Source: Phoronis australis | Taxonomy: Eukaryota > Animalia > Phoronida | DNA: 64,000 nucleotides | Reading direction: 5' to 3' | NCBI GenBank assembly: GCA_002633005.1 | Contig: NMRA01000367.1 | Span: forward strand, 109,153 to 173,152 | Shown here: one piece after another, positions 12,901 to 24,677 of the stretch | Position numbering within the stretch: the stretch's first letter is position 1 | Layout of the letters: the number at the start of each line of letters is the position of its first letter | Translations under genes and position numbers: made by a program | Notes under the pieces: model-generated | What the model saw: the letters and a program-made list of their open reading frames with translations, nothing else | Databases searched by the model: none | What the model was told of the DNA's origin: nothing

Positions 12901-15900
12901 TCAGTCGGCTGGCTTGTTGTTGCAGACGCGCTAGTGGTTGACACAGTAGTGACGCCGGCTGCAACGGCTATTTCGATAAAGTATCTCAAGTAGTAGATGT
13001 CATATACTTGTAACCGTAATAAAACAACTTTAACAACAGTGACAGTTCTTTTTGTGACAGCGGTATCCGTTATAGTAAATGTAACAACAAAAAGGCAAGG
13101 GCAGTCGACGGTGATTGTAACGACAATAACCTATTCTGCCAGCCTTAGTAAGCAACATACTAATTGATGTGTCTAGTCTTTGTACATGAAAGCACATCAG
13201 ATGTAATATTTCATTTAAAATTGTCCCAGAATATATCAAAGGCTGTTGTAAAACAGCACAATGGCTAAAATAGTATTTTCATAAATGAAGTCACGGATTT
13301 TTTTTACTTTTTATTTTTACTTTTGCGTTTATTTCATTATTCGAAGTTCACAAATTGATATAAACACAATGAAAATGTAATACGATTTTTTTGGTAACCG
13401 AATTCAAATAATTATAGACTTGGATTCATCTCAAAGTAGAAGCAGAGGGCAAAAATTAGTGCCATTTCCGCCATAGCCCTACTTCTTCTCCAAGCAAAAT
13501 ATATGCTCTTGTTTCCGAACATATTCGCCTCATAATATTCCAATGAGTCTAGGGCATACACAGTTGTGGAGTTTTAATTACTTCAGGCAACCGCGAATGA
13601 CTCCATAAAGATGTGGGTTTTACGAGTAATTGCGATTTTAGTACCTTAGGACATCGGTGTATGAACAGCTTGACAGTTGTGTAAAATTGCATATCTTAAC
13701 CACGGAGACGGTACAGTCACAGAAACTTTTTTTGTACGAAAACAGCTTCACCATTGAAAATTGTCATTCGTCCATTAATACCAACTGCAATCAGAAGCCA
13801 ACATCTCGGAACAACAAGAGTAAAATAATTCTGGAATTCAAAGAAGTCAAAGATTTACATTTTATAGGCGGAGTACTTTCTCAAATCAGTACTTAATCAA
13901 ACTTACCCAAACGAGGTGTTGTGAATGAAGTACTAGTTGAAGACACTACCGCAGTCATTGTCGGTTGTTTTGTTGTTGTTGATATAGTTGTTGCTGCATT
14001 AACGCTTGTCATTGACTCAGTTCTGCTTCCAGTTGTAACAACTGCTGCGATGAAACGTCATATTAAAACTCTATGAAGGCCCTAGAGATTCATTTTCTAT
14101 CGACTTTGCTGTGTTAAAGAGTAAAGGTTCTCGAAGTCGAAAAATCAAAAACAAATAGGTGCAAGAAGGAAGTAAAGGAATTAAGGGAAGATTCTGATTT
14201 GCAACATCGTCAATTTAAGTTCTCAGGCTCCTCGTAGTCGAACAGATTACTTAAAGTCCTTCTCTCAAACTGCCCATGAGGTTCCAGTATCCGAAAATAC
14301 TTACTACATAAAATTTGATTTTTGACACCCTTTCTTTATATTCTTTTCGCCTTTCTTGCCAAAAGCGATTTTTTAACAGTATTTGACCCTTCTCTCTGAG
14401 CGCATGACTACCGGTTGTCAACGGTTATTTCCGTACCCACATTTCCGGCTCATCAGTTCAGGAACTTGTCCTGAAAGCCGGCATTTTCTCCTTGTATCTG
14501 AATGAGCTATCGCTTGCTCGAAAAGTCTTCATTACACTAAGCTAAAAAATAGTTGATAATTTTGAAATGGTTATTTTTTTGACTGTCAACTGGTGTTCAA
14601 GACTTGATTCGGTGTCACAAAATGATTCATATTTTTCTAAATTTTAAGTCTCAATTGCTTTCAAGTCATGTTTTGTAACTTATTGCTTCTTATATCAGGT
14701 TATCAAGTCAACAATATGAATAATCTTAATTTGAGAAATAAGCTATGTTGGATTGTGAAGCTTCAAGCCTCTAATTCTTGTTCCTTGCAACTTTATATTT
14801 TTTTAAATGATGTTTGTCAAACTCTGGTGTAAGGAAACACTATTCTGTCACCATGGTAATAGTTACATATATGTCCACTTTCATATCATGGAAACTGTTG
14901 CTGTTGAATAGTGTTTGTAATGCTAAATGTTGTAAAGTATTGTGCATTTTAAGTTACTTATTATGTTAAAAGTTTGAGTCATTTTGGTTAATGAATAAAA
15001 AATGATAACTTGTTGTATTGGACTTGTCATACTTATGTGCTCTAACTAGCCCCCTTTTTGGAGAACTGGAAAAAGGTCTGCCTGAGCCACAGAAGCACGA
15101 ATTCCGAAAAAAGTAGAAAATGAGACAATATTCCACTAGAAGACAGGAAGTACCAAAATTTAGAGTCTGCAATTCATACATGTAGCTCTGAATATACCCA
15201 CTGAATCTTATAGTAAAAGATAGACATTCCCAAAAATTCCAGCACCCCATTCTTTTAGGCTTGGTGCGCTCATACAAAGTCTGGGAAAATCTCTATTGAA
15301 AGCCAATAACTTTGTACAGTTCGCCAGAAGTAACCAAGTTCTAAATAAACCTTATTTGAGCGAGTGCTGTGGCCAGCGACCAGTTAGGCCTAAGAGTAGC
15401 CTTGGCGCAAAACTGTATGGGCCTACTAACAAGCTGAATTTTGACGATAGTCTTCACTGGTAGCTGGTGACTGAGGCTAACTAAGGTCTGTCGCGGCAGT
15501 GTGACACAGGACTTACCAGCCCGTAATTTCATGCAAGTGTCTGAAACTACCCTTGAATATATGCAGCATTTATGATTTGACCATTTTACTTCGACAAAAT
15601 AGCTTGGAAACCGCATGCATTTACCTTTCGCCAGTGTCTGGTCTCGATCCGCACCGGGTCCGATAGGCTGCGGTCCCGAGTCTGGCAAAATAATTTCTGT
15701 CAAAATTTATTCGCCACATTTCTTCAGCAAATTCGATAAAATTGTCCGTAATTTGATTTTATTAAAATTAAGGCGCGCTGTCGATTATTTTATCCCCGTT
15801 TGCTGGCTGGTAACAGTACAGGCACTGCTCCAGTCGCACTGACGGCGTTTTCTCGGCCTGGGTTCCTGAATGAATTGTACTTCCGGGTTCGCTACAAGTT

Positions 15901-17170
15901 CAAAATGGTGATGGTTCTTCTGGTGCGAATCGTGAGTGGTGCGTTCATTTAAACTTTTTTCGAGTACGGATCGTGTATTAGTTATGGGGTAGGTACTTCT
16001 TGGATCCTTATAACATCCTCTAACCATGTAATAAGGGTTAACATCGCGTGAGAGAAGGACTTTAAAACGTTACACTGGAACATGCTATGATGATAATTGT
16101 TGGCAAACACCCAAGTTGCGTTACGGAATGTGCACGAGTGATTACGTGGAGATAAAAGCTACACTAGTGATACAAAATATAAGCATCACCCCAGTGTAAC
16201 CAGCCAAAGCATAAAGTACTCTTACAAAAAATCACTGCTTTTGTATACAAATGGCGAAAAAGAATACCTAACATTGAAAATCAAAGGTCAACGGACTAGA
16301 TAAATGGGAGCCTAATCCCTTGCTTATTCCATACAACAGCCCGTCAACATTTTTCTTTTTTGGCACGGTCCATGGCGAATTGAACAACGCTGACACAAAT
16401 GTTCTCGTTTGCGCACTGACAACAATCGTTAAGCATGAAAGCAATTTGTTTATTAATACTATCTTACTATACTTGAATCATGTGTTGATTTCAATGAATG
16501 TATATAGTTGTATATGCTGCAGTGTAACCTGCAAAACACTGTTTGATCATACTGACAAGGAAGACGTGTTGTGACTGAATCGAGTGTTGAGACAATAGTC
16601 TGAGCTTCAGTCGGCTGGCTTGTTGTAGTTGCAGAAGCGCTTTTGGTTGACATAATAGTGACGCCAGTTGAAACGGCTATTGCGATAAAATGTCTCAACG
16701 AGTATGTGTAATATTCTTGTAAGCGTAATAACACAACTTCAACGATAGGGATAGTTCTACATGTATTTGTGACAGTGATATCCGTTAAAAAAATGTATTG
16801 ATTTAATCACGGTGACAGTACAACCTATGACAGTTTGATTTTTGTAGGAAAATAGTTTCGCCGCTAAAATTTGTCTTTTATCCATTAATACCAGCCTTTA
16901 TAACCGTAAATGTCATGGCAAAGTCTCGGCACAACCTTAATGCATCAAAATAATCGCGAAATTTGATGACAGTCAAATATGTACATTGTATGCATGGAGT
17001 ATTTTCTCAAAATATTACTTAATCAGACTTACCCAAACGAGGAGTTGTGATTGAAGTACTAGTTGAAGACACTACCGCAGTCATTGTCGGTTGTTTTGTT
17101 GGTGTTGATGTTATTGTTGCTGCATTAACGCTTGTCATTGACTCGGTTCTGCTTCCAGTTGTAACAACTG
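9938..17170 (-). CDS. Six Thr/Ser-rich mucin-like exons in alternating A/B types, probably the same gene as the Ig exons
   Basis: Exons 17033-17170 (A, 138 nt), 16557-16676 (B, 120), 13907-14044 (A, 138), 12851-12967 (B, 117), 12002-12139 (A, 138), 9938-10027 (B, 90). All are AG/GT bounded, phase 1/1 and stop-free. A type: VVTTGSRTESMTSVNAATITSTPTKQPTMTAVVSSTSTSITTPRL. B type: VSTGVTIMSTKSASATTTSQPTEAQTIVSTLDSVTTRLP. Confidence 0.7.
10447..11435. mobile_element. Internally deleted ISL2EU-like (PIF/Harbinger-related) DNA transposon
   Basis: TIRs tcacctatttcacgaa / ttcgtgaaataggtga, flanked by AT and AC. The paralogous empty site near 13350 (caaattgatATaaacac) implies an AT target duplication. 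THAP-like start MVYCAVPE...STIYRFP runs inward from the right end; MASSCKVVWSKDLSTLPKI runs inward from the left end. Confidence 0.7.
14255..16061. mobile_element. Kolobok-like non-autonomous DNA transposon
   Basis: TTAA on both sides, TIRs agtccttctctca / tgagagaaggact (AG...CT termini). Absent from the other copies of the tandem unit. Confidence 0.8.
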
Positions 17171-20100
17171 CTGCGATGAAACGTCATATTAAGACACAAT
17201 ACAAGACCAAGGGAATCAGTTTCTATCGTCTTTTGTTGTCTTAAAGAGTAAAGATTCACGAAGAAATCGAAAAATAAAGAAGAAATTGGTGCAAGAAAGG
17301 AGAAAAGGCTAGTCGTAGTCCAACGGATTGCTTACACCTTTAGAATAGAACATACGATTGTAATCACGGATATCAAACACCCAAGTAGTGTTACGTGCAA
17401 ATAAACTCTAGACAGGTGACACAAACTATGGTATTACCACAATGTAACGAGCCTAAGCAATATGTACTCCTACAAAACATCACTGTTTTTGTATACAAAT
17501 GGCGAAAAAGAATATCCAATGTTGAAAATTACAGGTGTTTTTCAAGGGGGTAGCTAATTCTGAACCTGGGCCCAGTCTCCAATCCCCGTAATCAGACTCG
17601 AATCGTACTCAAACTCGCAATTCATACTCGAGTACAGACTTAGCATTGGTGTAACCAATGTTGTACTCAAAAATCTGTATTCGGAATATCGAGCACGTAC
17701 TCAAATTTTGAGTATACTCGAAGTGAAGTGTATTTCATATATAGTTTGAGTACTATTTTTAAAAGAAAATTCCTCGTATGAACTCCAAATTTCAAGTTTG
17801 GTGTGGCAGTGTGCGTGGAATCGCGCTCGAAAATAAATTGGGCGGTTGTGAGACACAGAAAAATTATTCCACGAGCGAAAGGGGAAATTATCAAATTATC
17901 AAAAAAACAGAGAGAAACAGCAAATCTTTGGAAAATTTAAGGTTTCCTCCCTTATTTCAGAGCTTGAGACAATAGTTTTCTTTTTAAACCTCTTTTATCT
18001 TAACTCGCCATATTACCGCACTTCAGCTGTGGTGAGGGGCTGGCAAGATTACAGGGCGTGTACATCGGATTGTAGGATTCTCAAAGATAAGGAGACAAGG
18101 GAAAGCTTAACAACAGTTTTCCTCACTGTCAGGTAGCCTATCTTTCTCATGATGGTTTTAAACATCGTTAATTCCTTAATCACTGAGAGGAATTCCAGAT
18201 TTTGTTTGCCGATTTCTAAGTAGACGTCTCATCCCGTACAGTTCTTTGAGCCAATCGAGGCGTCAACCCAGATGTGCTTTCGAATTCAGCCTTCACTGTT
18301 TTGCTTTCGGTGACCTTTCATCTCTCTGAGGTCATGAGGCCATTTCCAAATAAGGCACCGCAATGCATTTTGGGACTGTGATGTCGGACTTGACGAGCAC
18401 GACGGCGTGTCTTTTTGGTTAACTTTCAAACACAAAGAAAAATACTCCAAACTCATCTAAAACTCACTCTATTTACGAAACCTACAAAAAGACTTGTACG
18501 CCACGACATGATACAGGTTTCATTGAATATGAGTAAAGTTTACTTTCATATTGTATACTGATTTTCACGTTTCAAGCCACTTTAAGGTTTTAGTTGGCTA
18601 ATATTAACCTACTGTACGACTAAATGTAACTAAATAAGTCCTGTTTGTGTCAAATGGTCACAATTGTTTAACAACAATTAGTGATTTCTAAGATTATCGT
18701 CAAATGACGCAATGTGTGAAAGACTGTTGCCACCTGACACTCATTTGGCATGTCGGAACACCAGGTCGAAAGACGAGGGCGACTATGAGCGAGAACTTGG
18801 CAATTATTGTGCAGACAGAGAGGAGGGTGGATACGGGCATAAAACCCGAGTAATCATTGAATCAGACATAGAATTCGATTTCCAACTTAGCGAACTTTCG
18901 TCGGCATTGAAGCCGTATGAACTCGGCCCACTGGCACGAGAAATGTTACTGACATATGTGAGCCACAACCAACTGAAGCAAGGGGTAATCAATATTCGGA
19001 AATAGACATTTCATATAATCACTGATGAAGGCCAGCGTAACACTGGGTTACTCGTATTCACTATTGCCAAGATGGAATGAGCACAGTACAATGCATAAGC
19101 CTTCTTGTAGTAGCACTCCATTGGGTTGAGGGCCTAGGATCACTCGCCCTAGAATGGAAGCAGTTTGTTCGTTATTTATAAAATTTGCACTTCAAAGTTA
19201 ACGAGTGCTTCATCGTAACACCGCTTTTGTGCGCGATCGAAACCCGTTTTTTGAATTGTGGCGAAAAAGTATGGCTTCTGACTGAATCGCATATTCCACA
19301 TTTACATTCCACACTCACGCAGGGCGCAAAAACTTTTGGAATTTGAACAAAGAGACGTTCTCATCCTATTTGCTGTTACTACAGCATCCACAAAGACACC
19401 TTTTCATGTCCGAAAAAGGCAGCTCTCCGCTGACTTTCCTCACAACTATTCAGTATCGCACTAATAAAAACAACAACGGTGGAGACGGTCTACCATCCAT
19501 TTCCTACAAACCCGATAATAGAAAACATGTTTTTTAATCTTGGCCTGTTTCTTAGCAACATGTGTACTAAAGGCAATTAAATCCCCTAAACATATCAATA
19601 CAAATCCTTTTGAGACACAGGGTTATGGTGGGAACACTTTGAGGTTCGGAAAATATAAGATTGTTTGAAAAAACTTTTTGCAAAATATTTTAATTTTAGC
19701 TAGTTAAGTCTTTAAGACCACAAACCTAAGTTTGTGGTTACAAGTTAGGCTCATTTTGCAAGGGCTCTCTCGTGACATTTGCATGCTGCAATCCTCCCAG
19801 AAACTGCACGAGTTTGTTACCTAAAAATGTCATGGGCAGTCATCCAGTCGGTGGAACGAGTTTCTAGTAAGTCGTCATGGCACTACAGAAGGTTGTCTTT
19901 GATCCGCATACATCTTTCAGGCAGGATTCCAGTTGAATCCTCAGATTGTAGATGACTGCATATAAGAATGCTGAAGTTGAAACCTACTCTTACTACACAG
20001 CGAAAACACCCTTACTTCGAACAAAACAATCTTACCATGGAAAAAAATTCTACCACTGACGCAAAGTAAATGTACCTCATGTCACCAACGAAGCCTTTTT

Positions 20101-21289
20101 CCTATCGTGGTGAGGATGCGCCTTAGTGTATAGGAGGCTTGAAACGACAAAACAAAAAATAAATATGCCTTTTAAACAGATGGCGACCAACCATTTCTTG
20201 GAAATCCTAACATGGGAGTTCAGTTATTCAATCTCTAAAAATTGTAAAAAAATATCAGATTCACTGTAATTAGATCACTGACGATTTATAAACTATTTGT
20301 CACTATACAGTTTTAAAAGTCTATGAGTGTGTAGATATATATTTCCGTGGATGAACTCAAAGGGTGACCCGTAAACATTTTGCAAACACATTTTCACCAC
20401 TTCTTTGTTCACATCACTTTTCCCATATAAGCGAAAGGTTTTCGGATTGGCAAGTAATACCAGGTAAGGAGAAGAGCGTTGGTTTGCTGGAGAACTAATG
20501 ACGAGTTTGTTTTGTGAAATTTGTAACAGAGAGAAAAAAATGCTTTGACTTCAGAATGTTTATGTAGAGATCATAAAAATTTCTTGGTAAAGAATTTGAA
20601 TTATATTTCAGTGCCAGCGAATCACTTTGTTTTTGTCTTCTAAGACACTTTGCGAAAGTGTTTTCACTCTTGGTAGCAACATTTAAAAATAAATTGCAAC
20701 AATGTATTAACGGTATATGTTTATGTACGCAGGCGATGTGTGTGGTAACCTTTCGCGTGAACTACTGTCGCTGCAACACGAGTCATAACGCTTTAATCTA
20801 AAGTATTTCCCCTTCTTATTACGAAAGCTTGCCCTTTTTATCGGAACATCTTATTTTATACTCAGAATATTACCAACAATTTTGTGACAGTGGCTAAATA
20901 TTATTTCAAATGAAGAGAAATACAATTCGTGGCATGACCAATTCTTGGATATTAAGAAAGGCACCACTAATTTCCGGCTGATTAACGATATATTTTATCT
21001 TTTAATTGCATTTTACTTATATGTTTTAGCAGCAGTGGAATCCAATCTATAACTTGAAAGTTTAGTTTCTCTGGGGTTTGCTGACAAGATGGGGTTGTTT
21101 GAACCCCCATGGCTAGCCAATGAGACCTTGTTGTAGAAGGAAAAAAATGAAGCTTCAAGAAAGAACACAAGAGGAAGTCGTTTCAACAAGAGTTACCGGT
21201 CATCCTCACAAAGGACTGGTTGACTACCTTGTGCAATTACTTGGCTTGTCGATGGAAGAGAAAACTAGTTGTTGAAAAAAATGGGAGAG

Positions 21290-21432
21290 GGGATTCGGAC
21301 TCCGTTGTACAGAAAGAGTTTCATTTCTAACGGTGAGCATTCATATGATTGAGGCAAAAATGTCCGCACCTGGCGACGTGGTGATGCCATGTTCTGCCAC
21401 CGACATTCTAGTGTTGCTGCTACACCATTCCT
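21290..21432 (+). mobile_element. Academ-like transposase fragment
   Basis: Reads ...SIHMIEAKMSAPGDVVMPCSATDILVLLLHHS, resembling the V.S.DTDV.VLLLHH motif of Academ-type transposases. Short and degenerate. Confidence 0.4.
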
Positions 21433-22979
21433 ATTGAGTTACAGCAGGAAGAGATAACCAGGAAGGGACAACTAGCTAAGCCGCCGTTTTTGGCCTCCTT
21501 CCCCGGACTAATTTCAGGACTTAAGTTTCGTTTAAAAGGAAAAAGATGATTTTATCAGAGAGATTAAAGCTTTTTCTATAGAAGGATATCAAAAAAACTC
21601 ACTTTTCAACCTTAAACAGTGGTGTAATTGTACTTTGAAAATATCGACTTCAGCGCACGCAATCGCAATTTCCCACACGCAGTCACGGGTATTTAAGCTT
21701 TTCCGTCGATGTATAGATGGCGCAGTAGTCAAGTACTCCCTCATTTGCATATCAAATTTGCATGTGGGAGTTCTGAGACTCTCGCCAATTTAGTTGTTGG
21801 TCGAGCCCTTGAGTGAATAAAGCGGTGACCTCCCGCTGAGAGCACGCGCTGATGAAGATGCCACAGCTAACTCGATCGCTTCGCAATCAGGAGGTGAAAA
21901 CACTCTCATGACCGCAGTTCTGAATTCCAGCTAAGCAAGCCCTATTTCGAGGAGCAGATTTGAATTGTCTTCGTCCCCAGACTGTGGATTGCAGAGAAGA
22001 ATGATTAGAATGAGGTCAACATCGAACTTTCTGCGGCTACCTATCGCGTTGAAAGTTTGAAGTGTCAGAACCATAGACGGAGAGCGCGGGATGTCTATAA
22101 GATTCCTGTTCTTCTTCAGTTGGCGAAAACATTGCTATCGGCATAAAGAATGACCGTGAGTTATTCATTTTGAGTTGGACACCTGTATCCAAGAATAAAT
22201 ATTAATACTATGAAATATCTCACCCTACGCGTTTCGTTTCTTTGACGTTGTTTGAGGTTGCGGTATCGTGAAACAACGCCGTCGGGTGAGAGAAGTTGCA
22301 CCGAGTAACTGGAATTGGCTGCAGTTCTTTCCTTTAGAATGCCCGGACTCAACCGTGTCATTTTCTTGGCAAGTCTCTTGCCTGCCGAAATCTTTCTGAG
22401 CATTGAAGACCTCGGCCTTTTCCTGCGCCAATCAACCTTTTATCTGCTACAGAAATCTTATTCCTAATTTCCTACCATTTTAGCACACTTTGTGGCTCTG
22501 CTACAGTTAGCACTGCCATAATCGTATTTCTTATTTCCGCCACAGTATGCATACTTGGAAGTTAGTTTTGCTAAGTGTTTTTCCAAATTAAGCCACAACA
22601 GTTGTTCATCATTAAATGCCTCAGGTTCCTCGACGCAATGGACATTTCCGTCAACACAAAACGCACCCTTGCCATTCTTAAAAATCGTATATACTGTATG
22701 TGCTATAATTGCTTCGAAGGACCGGCAGTAACCGTGGCTGGAATATCTGCAGCTTCGCGACTAATTCTACAGCAAACTCCTGTTGAAATTCCCCATACTT
22801 CAAAATTCTTGTTTGCAGGTGCTGATAATAGACCGGGATCCCAGAGCTTTTTTGGGCATGAAAAGGTAACCAATTTTCTTTGGTGCCACAGTGCTCTGTG
22901 GGTATCCTGATGCTTGGAAATGGCCGTCTGGCTGGTTCGCTCTGGTGGGTGTGGTCAGGGGAGCCAAGGGAATGACACT

Positions 22980-23760
22980 CGAAAATTGAGCTTGATCAAC
23001 TTTTCTGGTAACCACTTCAAACTGCCTTGGATACCTACTACGTAATCCACTGTATCAAAATTGGCCACTGCCAGACAATTTCAGTGGTGGGGACTACCCG
23101 CCAGACGAACTTATACAGGGTACAAAAATTGAGCTAGATCAATCCAAGAGGTAACCGCTTGAAACCAGTCGCAAAATTTTCACCATAAGCTCAGGTATCA
23201 CGAATGAACACTGCCAGACAAATCTAGCGGTGGGTTACCCCCGCCAAACACGTCCAAATACCAGAATTGAGCTAGATCAATCCATCAGGTAACCGCTTGA
23301 AACCAATTGTACGATGTTCAGCATCACTTAACATGGCACAAAAGTTAGATGCCAGACAATTTCTGCGGTGGGGTGCCCCTGCCAGACGATTATCAAAAAG
23401 GGCTAANTAGATCAATCCATCAGGTAACCGCTTGAAATCAATTGCACGATGTTCAGCATCACTGAACATGGCACAAAAGTTAGATGCCAGACAATTTCTG
23501 CGGTGGGGTGCCCCTGCCAAACGATTATCAAAAAGGGCTAAAATTGAGCTAGATCAATCCAAGAGGTAACCGCACGAAACCAGTTGCAAAGTATTCACCG
23601 TAGCCCCGGGTATCACGAATAAGCACTGCCAGACAAATCTAGTGGTGGGTTAGCCCCGCCAGACACGCCCAAATAACCGAGTTGAGCCGGGTAGATCAAC
23701 CAACCAGGTAACCGTTTGATAACCAATTGCACTATGTTCAGCATCACTGTACATGGTGCG
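22980..23760. repeat. Complex tandem repeat, about 130-145-bp subunits, about 6 copies
   Basis: Recurring gagctagatcaatcc..ggtaaccgcttgaaacca and tgccagacaa(a/t)t.t..cggtggg blocks. Confidence 0.85.
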
Positions 23761-24588
23761 ACAGCGAGATGGCAGGAGTAGAAACAAAATTCATAAAAGC
23801 CTATTTGCGCTGAGTAAGGACCAAGTTGAGAAACCAAGCACTTTTTACATAAGGTGAGAGATTTTTGTCTGCAAATTTATGTCAGGGCATGAAAAATCAG
23901 AAAAATCGCGCCTGATCGGTTGGAGCGACCTCACAAGTCTACGCAACAACAAAGATATATTCTAATTCACAATTAAAAACAGAACATAGAAATCCGTCCC
24001 GTTTTACCAGTCTAAAGTACGTCCCCCTGAACCGGCAAACACATGTCTTCATATAGTAATGAGCAATTGTTCGCAGCCACCTCAGCCAAAGTGAGCACTT
24101 GTGACAATAACTACTAGTCATCAAAAATGTTGAGTTTTGATATTTAAAAGTGCTCAAATGGTTGATAAATTATTGGGCTTATTTCTTAGCAAATAAAATT
24201 TGATAAAACTAGTATTTTTTGTTTTGTTTTTTTTTTACTATGAATTACCATTTTGATGAAGAGCCCTTCAGGTGTCTCTGATATCACTGAAGAAAAAATG
24301 GCTGATGAGGTGGTGGAAGTAGTTAATATATACTCCGAAACCCTATAGTCGTCCGCCTAAGCATAAAACCGGCTTGTTGTCTTACTCACCCAATTATTCC
24401 ACTTCAAAGTTATGATATGAATAGGACTTGATTTAACTCTCACAAGTATATAGTATTCGTTGATTCAAACGTTTTCTTTTACTTAAGCCGAGTTGTTCAA
24501 CTGTGCATTGGCTTTCGGCAGCCATTTTATAATGACACCTATGGTCGTCATGTGCTGCCGCCTTTTGAAAGGACAGAAAACCACACAG

Positions 24589-24677
24589 NNNNNNNNNNNN
24601 NNNNNNNNNNNNNNNNNNNNNNNNNNNNNNNNNNNNNNNNNNNNNNNNNNNNNNNNNNNNNNNNNNNNNNNNNNNNN
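24589..24677. other. Assembly gap (N run)
   Basis: Run of N characters. Confidence 1.

Larger units (their letters stand above)
9190..17545. repeat. Tandem segmental duplication, about 1.9-kb basic unit, about 3.5 copies, interrupted by transposons
   Basis: Intronic blocks such as tgcgatgaaacg(t/c)ca and cacccaagt recur near 9210/12145/14045/17170 and 9470/12390/16110/17380. Confidence 0.9.

Noticed and set aside
20982-21170. HWLAMGVQ, resembling the TAF6 HWLA.EGVQP motif
   Set aside because: Isolated short match with no flanking similarity or exon structure, in transposon-derived DNA.
23272-23545. Near-identical 135-bp duplication with a repeated peptide ORF
   Set aside because: The junction contains an N and lies in a tandem repeat; probably an assembly overlap and not coding.
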